A stretch of DNA of 62,634 bases, the filler included. It is 6 parts of 6 records of this genome, joined end to end, with 100 filler letters (N's around TTAATTAATTAA, not from the genome) between each part and the next. Parts side by side here need not be neighbours in the genome. Positions count along the whole stretch, not along the records: positions 1 to 13,665 come from DRR378314_1930; positions 13,766 to 20,236 come from DRR378314_1932; 4 more parts are not named here. The stretch is one strand, 5' to 3'. The number at the start of each line of letters is the position of its first letter. Within the stretch, counting starts at the first letter, position 1. Shown in pieces: positions 11,129-20,336 of this stretch. The translations under genes and the position numbers were made by a program. The notes beneath the pieces were generated by a model. That model saw only the letters and a list, made by a program, of their open reading frames with translations. It was not told the origin of the DNA and ran no database searches.

Positions 11129-13505
11129 ATGAGCGACTCGCATTCGTTTCCTGGTTTTCATGAGCGATTTGCTGGGTATGAGCTGCGTGACGGCGCGGCG
11201 CTCGCGCTCCGGCGGCGCGTTCCGTGCGCAACGTGCGGGAAGAAGCGCACCGGGTACTGCTACGAGCGCGAGTGCTTTTCGTTCATCGACGACAATGGAG
11301 AACCTCTCCAGGGCTCTACCGGTACGTCCGCTATCAGCTACGCAACTCATGTGACACTGCGTACGCTGTTGTCGAGGCGAGGTGGACTGCCTCTCTGTAT
11401 TGCCAGGGAACTATTGCGCTGAACGTGTGGAGCGGGGTGACTGCGCCTTTTCTGCGTCGCTACAGCGCTCACTCGCACGCGAGTTCCCTGTCTTTTCCGG
11501 GCTTCTCCCTTCGTCTCGCTGCTTCTCCCACACGGTACGAGAGTCCAACGGAGAATGTTGCGGACGCTCTCGTGCCTTGCGTTCAGCGTATGACGCAACG
11601 AGGCGGATGACTGGCGTTCTCTCCGCTGCTGGTTGTCGGTGGTGCAGACGCAGAGCGGCGCGCGCGCGCGACCACGCAAGACGCGACGGTGTCGTGGACC
11701 GACTTTCCCCTCCCGCGCGAAGCGTACGAGAAGGAATACCCGCGCGTTCCTCTCCCACTCCACTGTTATATAGTCCAGGTACGACTGGCGTCGCATCATT
11801 CTGTCACGCGAGGGACCTGGGATGTTGTCCATTTGGGTCGTGAGTATTTGCGGAGAAGTAGCACTACGTTCTCCGCAGTCGGCGCGCACTGCATCGACCT
11901 CGCGCACGTTCTCTCTCCAGGTCAGCGCGGTGCACCTCTCCAATACCCACCTCGAGTTGACATACATGTTGCAAACTATGCTACTTGACGGTTGTGATGT
12001 ACTGGAAGCTCGCTTATTGGCGAACGCCGCGTCGGCGGTTCACACGTGCGCTCACGTGCGCGGAGCTCCACTACGTCGCCGCCGCGCCGTTATTGCGTAG
12101 CGTTCTGCTCGTCGTGCACGTTATGGCCTCTCAGTTTCACTCCCCGTGCGCGGAAAATACTCTCAGTTTCGCTCCTCACGCGCGCTCCCACTGCGCAGGT
12201 ACGTTTCTCTAATGCGAATCGTGTCCCTCCGTGTTCCCTTTCTGCTGCTGCGCGTCCTCCCTTGGCAGCATCCGAGCGAATCTCTCCCGAAAAGCACTTC
12301 GGTTCACGCCAAAGTTCTCGCTCCTGTGCGTTTCTCGTCCACATGTACGGACGTAGAGCAACAAGACAAAAAAACCCGAAGAAACCAAACGTGCAATTAC
12401 ACCCAAAGAAACAGCGATAGCAAGCATGTAACCAACAACAACCATTGGCGTTTTCACTGCGGGAGTTGTGCGCGATGTGCCGCGGACTGGTCGTTTGGTC
12501 GGCGAGTTCTAACACAGCATGTTGTACTGACTTTCTTGTTTATCAAGTGCCACGCGATCGCACTTTTCCGGGTCCACTACTTTATCACCAAACGCACTTA
12601 CTCAGCGTTTACCAATTGTTGTATTTCGCGGTGAATGTATCTGTGACCCACTTCGCGCAAACTCGCTGCAGAGCGATGTCGATATTCTGTGCTTTCCCGA
12701 AGTTCCAAAGGTGAATCCCGAAGAAACATTGCTTCTCTTTCCCTCTGAGAATGCGGTCGAGGTGCGTAATCGAATGCACTATTACGGTAAACAATGATAC
12801 GTTGTGTGTGTATGTGCAGCTTGTTCAGCTCTGCGCTCCGTCCGCGAGAGGAATACTGGTGCATTCTCCGCGTTTTCGCCTCGTGTGACGACAACAGCGA
12901 CGATGAAACCACTGTTTCTCGCATGTCTTTTTCGTGGAAAAGCTGATTCTTAAAGTATCCGTGCTGCATTCTAAGCGCTTGTACTTGTCCTCAGTTATGT
13001 GAACAAGTAAGAGAAAAAAAGCGACAGGGAGGAAGACTCGGTTCTGCAACGGAGCTAGATAGAGAGACAGCTCTCTCTCCCCTTGATATTTCAAGACTCC
13101 ATAGGCATCCCCGTCTTGATATTGCTTGGCTGTATAATGTGGATATAGCTGATGTAGTGCATAGTTTCTCCTCGTACAGTGATTGTTTACGCAGAGTTTC
13201 ACTCTTGTATTGTTCGGCGTCGCGAACGAGGCAGCTCGACACATCGTACATTGCTTTCATTTTCGCACAAAAGTGCGACAGTTCTGTACCAAGTATTTGT
13301 CATCCAATTTGTAGTTGATTTCATCGGAGGTTTCTCTTCTCTTATCTTCATCTCGTCCTTCTCTATTTTGGTTTGTGACGCGTTATCTTTTGTGTTTCCA
13401 GGTAAGCGAACTGGACCTCTCGCAGTATCGCCAGCTCGTCGTACTTGACTGCTCGTGGAATTGCTGGCGCGGAATGATGATGCGCGAACCGGTATTATCA
13501 CAGTA
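11129..13505 (+). CDS. DTWD1: DTW-domain tRNA-uridine aminocarboxypropyltransferase, DTWD1-like; 3' truncated
   Basis: Exons read RVPCATCGKKRTGYCYEREC, YPRVPLPLHCYIVQ, HPSESLPKSTSVHAKVLAP (~12268-12325), SDVDILCFPEVPKVNPEETLLLFPSENAVE (12672-12771) and VSELDLSQYRQLVVLDCSW. Confidence 0.85.
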
Positions 13506-13597
13506 CAGGTACGCGGAGGAGATTAATACGTGTTTGGAAAAGAGAGGAAATTGCGTGCGGCGACTGTGATCACGTGTGGAGTATTCGGTGAGCAGGG

Positions 13598-13665
13598 AGA
13601 GAACGAGAAACGAGAAACGAGAAACGAGGACGAGAACGAGAACGAGGACGAGGACGAGAACGAGA
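13598..13665. repeat. Degenerate (GAGAAC/GAGGAC/GAGAAAC)n microsatellite at contig end
   Basis: gagaacgagaaacgagaaacgagaaacgaggacgagaacgagaacgaggacgaggacgagaacgaga. Confidence 0.85.
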
Positions 13666-13765
13666 NNNNNNNNNNNNNNNNNNNNNNNNNNNNNNNNNNN
13701 NNNNNNNNNTTAATTAATTAANNNNNNNNNNNNNNNNNNNNNNNNNNNNNNNNNNNNNNNNNNNN
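13666..13765. other. Artificial contig-joining spacer
   Basis: N runs flank TTAATTAATTAA, which gives stops in all six frames. Confidence 0.99.
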
Positions 13766-13794
13766 GAGGGGTTCGATTCCCCTACGGGCTGCCA
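13766..13794 (+). tRNA. 3' portion of a tRNA (T-arm, acceptor strand, CCA), probably tRNA-Glu; truncated by contig start
   Basis: GAGGGGTTCGATTCCCCTACGGGCTGCCA has an AGGGG/CCCCT T-stem, a TTCGATT loop and an encoded CCA. It resembles the Rhodobacteraceae tRNA-Glu 3' end from memory. The anticodon is not visible. Confidence 0.8.
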
Positions 13795-13930
13795 TCTTGT
13801 TGATCCTCCCCTTAGATAGATATAACATGCGGCTGCCCTGTCGCCTGCACCGGATCTGCATTGCAGTTGCGACCTGAGAGCTGTTTCAATAGCCTTTGCT
13901 CCACTGACACCCAACCGTATTGGATTGAAT

Positions 13931-15013
13931 ATGAAAGCCGCCCGTCGCCCGTTGTTTTGGTATGGCCTTGCCATGTGGATTCTGTCGGCCGTGATTTCGA
14001 CATTGCTAATCCAGCTGGGCGCGTTGATCATGTCGGATGTGCCAACCGCAGGCAAACGGATCACCAAAGACGATTTTGTTAACACGGCCCAGCTTGACAC
14101 CGCTACCTCTGCCATTGCGCAAAACGAGACATTGCTTGATCGCAAAAGCGGCGAAATCGAAGATGCCCGGTTTATGCTGCGTTCGCGCGAACTGGATTAC
14201 GCTAATCAGCGTGCAAGTTTCGAGAACTGGGTGAAAACACGTTCTGCTACCGGTTCAAACAGCCAGAACGCCGAGGTAATCGAACGCGCCCAAGCCATTG
14301 AACTGCTGAAACTGGAAGAGCGTAAAGCCGCGCGTCAGGTCGAAGATTTGCAGCAGGAGGTGGTCACGATCAACCGCAGCCTGAAAGAGCTGCGCGGCCA
14401 GCGCACAGCGATCCTTGCCGCAGCAAATGCCCCGTTTCAAAAGGCACAACGACGCGAGGTGCTTAAGGTATTCCTGTTCCGCCTGGCCCTGACCCTGCCC
14501 TTGCTGTTGATTGCTGGCTGGCTGGCCATGAAGAAACGCCAATCTACCTATTGGCCAGTCTATCGAGGGTTCATCATCTTTGCCCTGTTTGCCTTTTTTG
14601 TCGAACTGGTGCCCTATCTGCCGTCTTATGGCGGCTATGTCCGCTATATCGTTGGCATTCTTCTGGCTTTACTGCTGGCGCATTTCTCGACCAGAGGCAT
14701 GGCGCGTTATTTGCAGAAAAAGCAGAACGAGGAAAACCGCCCCGAGACGGAGAAGCGCAAGGCCATCGCCTATGAGACCGCGATCAAAAAGATTTCGGAG
14801 TGCATCTGTCCCAGTTGCGACCGCCCATTCGGTGCGCCCAAAAACCGTAAGTCAGTCAACGATGCAGAGACCAAAGTGGATTTCTGCGTGCATTGCGGAT
14901 TTTGCCTGTTCAACTCTTGTGAAAACTGCGGGCAGCGCGAGAATTCCTTTTACAAATTCTGCGGGTCCTGCGGCGTGCCATCGGGCACACCGGCCACAAA
15001 TCCCCAAGGCTGA
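13931..15013 (+). CDS. Membrane protein with coiled coil and C-terminal double zinc ribbon; function unknown
   Basis: N-terminal TM helix, long coiled coil, three TM helices (FLFRLALTLPLL...FFVELVPYLPSYGGYVRY), then four CxxC pairs (CPSC, CVHC, CENC, CGSC). Confidence 0.85.
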   Translation: MKAARRPLFWYGLAMWILSAVISTLLIQLGALIMSDVPTAGKRITKDDFVNTAQLDTATSAIAQNETLLDRKSGEIEDARFMLRSRELDYANQRASFENWVKTRSATGSNSQNAEVIERAQAIELLKLEERKAARQVEDLQQEVVTINRSLKELRGQRTAILAAANAPFQKAQRREVLKVFLFRLALTLPLLLIAGWLAMKKRQSTYWPVYRGFIIFALFAFFVELVPYLPSYGGYVRYIVGILLALLLAHFSTRGMARYLQKKQNEENRPETEKRKAIAYETAIKKISECICPSCDRPFGAPKNRKSVNDAETKVDFCVHCGFCLFNSCENCGQRENSFYKFCGSCGVPSGTPATNPQG

Positions 15014-15015
15014 CG

Positions 15016-15038
15016 TGACGTAGCGAAATATTACGTCA
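15016..15038 (+). terminator. Inverted repeat just after the zinc-ribbon gene (terminator-like hairpin or operator)
   Basis: TGACGTA-gcgaaatat-TACGTCA; there is no U-tract on the + strand. Confidence 0.35.
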
Positions 15039-15110
15039 AAAGCCATTCCCGTAAAGACGTCTGGCACAATCACTGGTATGAAAAAACAGTGTTTGTAGGA
15101 GGCAAAAGCA

Positions 15111-15761
15111 GTGGTGGATAAGGCCGGTTTTTTTTTGGAGACCTCACAAGAGCTGCGCCGCCTGTTTGACAAAGCTTTTGTTTCCCAAAACCTTAAGGCG
15201 GGCGAGACCCTGTTTGAACAGGATGAACATGACGACCGGCTTTTCGTCTTGGATAAAGGGCTGCTTGAGGTCAGTGTCTATTCTGCAAATGGGCGAAAAC
15301 ATGCCCTGAACCTGCTGCGGCCCGAAAGCATTTTTGGCGAAATTGCCATGTTCGACCCCGGCCCGCGCACCGCCCGGATTGAAGCGGTCGAAGATTGCCA
15401 GCTGCGCTATATCCGTCAGGCCGCCCTGATTGCCGAAATCGCAAGAGAACCCCATCTGGCAGCGGAATTGTTAAGCCTTGCAGGAAAACGCATGCGCTGG
15501 ATGAGCCGGCAAATGGAAGAGCAGGTGTTTCTGCCCCCCGCGCCCCGGCTGGCTGCAAAGGTGCTGTATCTGGCGGGGGATGACAATGAAATTGAGATGT
15601 CTCAGGCCCAGCTGGCCGATTACGTGGGCGTCACCCGCGAAGTGGTTTCAAAGATCCTCTCCGAATGGCGTCGCGAAGGCATTGTGCAGCTGTCACGCGG
15701 GCGTATCAACCTTTGCGATGCCGCAGCACTTGAGAAGATTAAAAACGTCGATCCGACCTAA
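15111..15761 (+). CDS. Crp/Fnr family transcriptional regulator, cNMP-binding type
   Basis: cNMP cassette FGEIAMFDPGPRTA, HTH SQAQLADYVGVTREVVSK, no FNR cysteines, and a GGAGG RBS upstream of the GTG start. Confidence 0.93.
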   Translation: MVDKAGFFLETSQELRRLFDKAFVSQNLKAGETLFEQDEHDDRLFVLDKGLLEVSVYSANGRKHALNLLRPESIFGEIAMFDPGPRTARIEAVEDCQLRYIRQAALIAEIAREPHLAAELLSLAGKRMRWMSRQMEEQVFLPPAPRLAAKVLYLAGDDNEIEMSQAQLADYVGVTREVVSKILSEWRREGIVQLSRGRINLCDAAALEKIKNVDPT

Positions 15762-15774
15762 ATAGTTAACCTTG

Positions 15775-15790
15775 TGTGAACAGGTTCGCA
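15775..15790 (+). promoter_or_regulatory. CRP-type binding site
   Basis: TGTGA-ACAGGT-TCGCA is a 9/10 match to TGTGA-N6-TCACA and lies just downstream of the crp gene. Confidence 0.65.
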
Positions 15791-15864
15791 GAACAGCATG
15801 CTCTTTCGTGGCATGTTCGTTTCACGGTCCGCAAGGGCCGCACGATTGAAACGGGGAGGACAGG

Positions 15865-16320
15865 ATGACGACGGCCAGTGCGACGCGGAATACATCTTTT
15901 ATAGTTTGGATGCTGTCCGGTGTTGCAAAGCCTGCGAAGTTTTTCAGCACGCTTGATGTTCTGGTGCCGTCACATGGGTTTCTGACCATGGATCGCACAC
16001 GACTGGTTCTTGTTGACCTGCCCCGAAATGAATTCAGACGCGCGCCGGCAAACGCTACTTCACCGCCATCGCGCCAATAGAACGGAATGCTCGTCGGGTC
16101 ATGGCACGGCCCGGTCCTGAAAGACCGACTTTTTACCGGTCACCTGATCTTTCAGGAAACCAGACCCGGCGTTTCGGGTCAGCCTGCCCAGCACTACGGG
16201 TAGGTCAAAGGGTTCGAGCGCGAAATTAATGCGCTGCCTGTCGTGTTTAACCTTGTTGCAAGGTGTTCACGGCTTCCGCGAAATGGACAGTTCCTGTCCG
16301 GCTTGCGGCGGGAACGATGA
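15865..16320 (+). pseudogene. 151-codon frame with two internal TAG stops, or a 71-aa small ORF ending at 16080
   Basis: Strong GGGGAGG RBS before the ATG. The frame continues past TAG at 16078-16080 and 16201-16203 to TGA at 16318-16320. Confidence 0.4.
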
Positions 16321-16604
16321 AGTCGGCGGGTATAGGTACGCTGTCTTCACCGTAAAGTCCGCGTCTTCGGATGTGGCTTGAAATTCCGGGGCCGCGCGTC
16401 GCAATTCTTGTGGCAAATCAGCAGCTTCGGAGGCGAAATTGTGTCGCCGCCATTCGCAACTGCCTTTTTGTCAGGCCTTTGCGGTTCCGCCGGGGGGTAT
16501 TTAATATCAACTTGTGGAGGGTGCGGTAGTTGTTGCGTGTATTTGGTGCGTTGCGACTGCCGCGAATCCCTGCGCCTCAGCACCCGTCCAAATTTCAGCG
16601 ATTT

Positions 16605-17528
16605 TCAAAGCTCATGCACCCAGGGCGGGTTTGCCCCTGCACGCGAAACGGTCACCGCAGCGACACGCGCACCATAGGCCAGTGCCCCCGCCAGATCCTG
16701 CGCTGACATCTGCCCTAATGCCGCCTTGTCCAGACGCTTGCTCTGCTGCAAATGCGCCAACACGCCCGCATTGAACGTGTCGCCAGCCCCCACCGTATCC
16801 ACCACAGTTGCCCGCTTTGCCGACACATGGGCAACCGCACCATCACATAAGGCCATCGCCCCTTCGGAACCACGGGTGATGATCACGAACCGTGCTCCTT
16901 TGGCCTGCAACACTGCCGCCTGATCTTCCAATGATCCCGCACCGCCGGTGATCCACGCCAGATCCTCGTCCGATACTTTAACAATATCCGCCTGCCCCAG
17001 CATCCGATCCAGACGCGCACGATAAGCCGCTGCATCGGTGATAAAGGACGGGCGAATGTTAGGGTCGATCATCACCGGATATTGACCCGCAGCTTTGGCA
17101 CAAAGGTCACTGTAAGCATCAGCCGCCGGGAGGCTGACAAGGCTGATCCCGCCAAAATACAACGCGCTGGTGTTGTCCGGCAGGTCGGGCAAATCCTTGG
17201 GCGTGATACTGCGCCCTGCGGATCCTTCATCGTAAAACGCATAGGTCGCATGGCCATCAACCAGATGCACGATAGCCAGCGTTGTCAAATGGCTGGAGCG
17301 GATCAACAGCCCCGTATCAACGGTGTTGGCCGACAAGGTCTCTGCCAGTTTCTGACCGAAGGCATCCTGCGAAACACCACTGATCATCCCGGCAGGAACG
17401 CCCAGACGCCCCAAAGCGACCGCGGTGTTGAAAATGGCCCCTCCGGTATGGGGCACAAAGCCGGTGCCGCCCTTCGGCAGTTGCACCGGGATCATATCCA
17501 TCAAGGCTTCACCGCAGCAGATGATCAT
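16605..17528 (-). CDS. PfkB family carbohydrate kinase, probable fructokinase
   Basis: Motifs CGEALMDM, GGAIFNTAVALGRLG, DPNIRP and VVDTVGAGDTFNAG; lies downstream of mtlK. Confidence 0.93.
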   Translation of the reverse strand: MIICCGEALMDMIPVQLPKGGTGFVPHTGGAIFNTAVALGRLGVPAGMISGVSQDAFGQKLAETLSANTVDTGLLIRSSHLTTLAIVHLVDGHATYAFYDEGSAGRSITPKDLPDLPDNTSALYFGGISLVSLPAADAYSDLCAKAAGQYPVMIDPNIRPSFITDAAAYRARLDRMLGQADIVKVSDEDLAWITGGAGSLEDQAAVLQAKGARFVIITRGSEGAMALCDGAVAHVSAKRATVVDTVGAGDTFNAGVLAHLQQSKRLDKAALGQMSAQDLAGALAYGARVAAVTVSRAGANPPWVHEL

Positions 17529-17537
17529 GCCCTGCCC

Positions 17538-19034
17538 CTACCCCTGAACGTAGCGCGTCAACGCCGCCTCTACGCCATCGCTGTGCAACAGCGACAACCA
17601 GCTGCAAAAGGCATCCGCAAAGGGCTTCGCCTCTGCCAGATCACCGTAAATATGGCGCATCTCCAACCATGCTGCCGGATCGGATTTTGCCTGCAATGCG
17701 ACTTGTTGCAGGTCATCCCATGCTGGATCATTGGGGGCCACCACGCTGCCATCTTCGCGCTGCCCGGTGCAATAGCGCGCCCAAAGCGCCGAAACCAAGG
17801 CCAGCCCGGATACCGGCGCACCGGCGGTCAGCCCCTCGCGTACCGAGGGCAGAAGAAAACCGGCATGGCGGCTGGAGCCATCAAAGGCCACGCGCCGGGT
17901 GGTGTCCTTGATTTCAGGGTTGGCAAACCGGCTGGCGACAAGATCAAGATAGGCCAAAGGCGTGATCCCGGGCACCGCTGCCACATGCGGGGCAATCTCG
18001 TCGCGCACAACCTTATCCAACAGCGCACGGATCAACGGATGGGCCATGGCACCCGAAATCGTTTCGATCCCCAGAATCTCGGCAGGGTCCGCGATGATCT
18101 GATGGCCACCATTCAGCACCCGCAGCTTCATCACCTCATAGTCATGCACCGCATTTGATATCGTCGCACCGGCCTCCTCCCAAGGCGGGCGGCCAGCACA
18201 AAAATTATCTTCGATCACCCATTGGCGAAAATTCTCATGGGTAACCGGCGCGGCATCATCAATGCCAAAGCTGCGCGCAAGGGCAATCTCAGAAGGGCCG
18301 GTTGCAGGCACGATGCAATCCACCATAGCATTTGGAAAGCTGCACTGCGCCGCGATCCAATCGGCCAGATCAGGGTCCGACATCCGCGCCAAAGACACCA
18401 ATGTCTGGCGCAGCACATCCCCGTTGCCTTGCAGATTGTCGCAGCTTTGCCCGGTGAAAGGCCCCCGTTTCGCATCCCGGCGCAAACGCAGGGCCGCGAT
18501 CATCGCGCCAAAGGCGGTGCGCGGTGTCTCGGGGTGAGCGGCGTCATGCTGGATGTCTTCGTGATCCGCGTCAAACCCGCCGGTGGCCGGATCAACGTAA
18601 TAACCGCCCTCGGTCACGGTCAGCGACACAATGCGAATGGCAGGGTCCGCCATCTGTGCAATCAATGCGGCATTATCTTCCTGCACAGGCAGAAAGTCGA
18701 TCATCGCGCCGCTTACCTCTGCCGATTTGCCGGAGGGGTCCAGCTCAATCAACGTGGTCAAACAATCCTGCGCCAGCAAGCGATCCCTCTGGGCACTGTC
18801 GGCTGCGCGCACACCGGCACCGATAATCGCCCAATCCAGTGCTTTGCCCTGCTGCATCAAACGATGCAGATACCAAGCCTGGTGGGCACGGTGAAAATTG
18901 CCCAGCCCGATATGCACGATCCCCGCTGTCAGCTTGCTGCGGTCGTAGGTTGGCCGCGCGATCCCGTCAGGCAGCTCTGCCAAAGTTGCATTGCCAAGCG
19001 CCGTCAGGCCCAGATTTTGTCCACCGTCTGCCAT
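17538..19034 (-). CDS. mtlK: Mannitol 2-dehydrogenase (long-chain polyol dehydrogenase)
   Basis: Motifs IVHIGLGNFHRAHQA, SLTVTEGGY, SCDNLQGNG, FPNAMVDCIVP and MKLRVLNGGH. The start probably overlaps the smoS stop (TGATG). Confidence 0.93.
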   Translation of the reverse strand: MADGGQNLGLTALGNATLAELPDGIARPTYDRSKLTAGIVHIGLGNFHRAHQAWYLHRLMQQGKALDWAIIGAGVRAADSAQRDRLLAQDCLTTLIELDPSGKSAEVSGAMIDFLPVQEDNAALIAQMADPAIRIVSLTVTEGGYYVDPATGGFDADHEDIQHDAAHPETPRTAFGAMIAALRLRRDAKRGPFTGQSCDNLQGNGDVLRQTLVSLARMSDPDLADWIAAQCSFPNAMVDCIVPATGPSEIALARSFGIDDAAPVTHENFRQWVIEDNFCAGRPPWEEAGATISNAVHDYEVMKLRVLNGGHQIIADPAEILGIETISGAMAHPLIRALLDKVVRDEIAPHVAAVPGITPLAYLDLVASRFANPEIKDTTRRVAFDGSSRHAGFLLPSVREGLTAGAPVSGLALVSALWARYCTGQREDGSVVAPNDPAWDDLQQVALQAKSDPAAWLEMRHIYGDLAEAKPFADAFCSWLSLLHSDGVEAALTRYVQG

Positions 19035-19807
19035 CAGCTCATCCATTGACCGCCGTCCACATTATAACATTGGGCGACGACATAGGCCGCCTCCTCGCTT
19101 GCCAGAAACACCGCCATGCCGGTCAGGTCTTCGGGCTGCCCCATTCGCCCGAAAGGCACTGCTGCCGCGACCTCGGCTTTCTTTTGGCCAGGTGCCTTGC
19201 CTTCATGTTTGGCAAAAAACGCATCCACCCCGTCCCAATGTTCACCGTCCACCACCCCCGGCGCGATGGCGTTCACGTTGATGCCATGCTTGATCAGGTC
19301 CAGTCCCGCCGACTGAGTCAGGCTGATCACTGCCGCCTTGGTGGCGCAATAGACCGCAACCAGCGGCTCGCCGCGCCTGCCCGCCTGACTGGCCATATTG
19401 ATGATGTTACCTTTGACGCCTGCATCGATCATATGCTTTGCAACCGCCTGCAGGGTGAACAGCGTGCCTGCAACATTGATGTCGAACACCCGGGTATAGT
19501 CAGCGCGGTCAATCTCGATGATCGGTGCCGCCGTGAAGAGCGCGGCATTGTTGATCAGAATGTCGATCTGCCCAAAAGCCTGCACTGTTTGCGCAACGGC
19601 AGCGTCGATGCTGCGCGGGTCGGTCACGTCCATTTCAACGGCAACAGCATTATCACCAATGTCGGCAGCGGGCGCGCGTGCAAGATCGATGTTGATATCC
19701 CCGATCGCCACACGCGCGCCTTCAGCCACATAGGCCTTGGCAAAGCTTAGCCCGATGCCCCGCGCGGCCCCTGTGATCAACGCGGTTTTTCCGTCCAGTC
19801 GTCTCAT
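19034..19807 (-). CDS. smoS: Sorbitol (L-iditol) dehydrogenase, SDR family
   Basis: Motifs [24 protein letters not shown] and [13 protein letters not shown] overlap with the upstream ATPase. Confidence 0.93.
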   Translation of the reverse strand: MRRLDGKTALITGAARGIGLSFAKAYVAEGARVAIGDINIDLARAPAADIGDNAVAVEMDVTDPRSIDAAVAQTVQAFGQIDILINNAALFTAAPIIEIDRADYTRVFDINVAGTLFTLQAVAKHMIDAGVKGNIINMASQAGRRGEPLVAVYCATKAAVISLTQSAGLDLIKHGINVNAIAPGVVDGEHWDGVDAFFAKHEGKAPGQKKAEVAAAVPFGRMGQPEDLTGMAVFLASEEAAYVVAQCYNVDGGQWMS

Positions 19808-20236
19808 GCGATGCGTAGCCCGTCTGCGCCAAAGCAATGGATCACGTCGTCGCGCGGCGTCAGATGCACCCGGTCGCCGTATTTGAAGCCAACCTCGCCA
19901 TCTGCGCGCACCGTGATGGTTTCGGCCAGACCCGTATCGTGGATATGGAAAAACGTATCTGAACCAAGATGTTCCGAGACGCCAACTGTCCCGCTCCACG
20001 GTCCCTCACTGGCTGAAATTTCGATATGTTCGGGCCGCACGCCAATGGTATGGCAACCGTATTTTTCGGCCTCAGCCCCATCAATCAGGTTCATCTTGGG
20101 CGACCCGATAAAGCCAGCAACGAACAGGTTGCGCGGTTCACGATAAAGCTCAAGCGGGCTGCCGACCTGTTCAATGTTACCCGCACGCAGCACCACGATC
20201 TTATCCGCCATGGTCATCGCCTCAACCTGATCATGG
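19804..20236 (-). CDS. smoK: Polyol ABC transporter ATP-binding subunit, C-terminal part; 5' truncated
   Basis: [16 protein letters not shown]...[12 protein letters not shown]...GVRPEH...SEHLGSDT; gene order matches the smo operon. Confidence 0.88.
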
Positions 20237-20336
20237 NNNNNNNNNNNNNNNNNNNNNNNNNNNNNNNNNNNNNNNNNNNNTTAATTAATTAANNNNNNNN
20301 NNNNNNNNNNNNNNNNNNNNNNNNNNNNNNNNNNNN
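20237..20336. other. Artificial contig-joining spacer
   Basis: N runs around TTAATTAATTAA. Confidence 0.99.

Noticed and set aside
16078..16203. Pyrrolysine or programmed amber readthrough
   Set aside because: No pyl genes or supporting context are present, and nonsense mutation is the simpler explanation.
17082..19750. Long plus-strand ORFs opposite mtlK and smoS (likewise 47379-48500 opposite metK)
   Set aside because: These are antisense shadows produced by GC3 codon bias.
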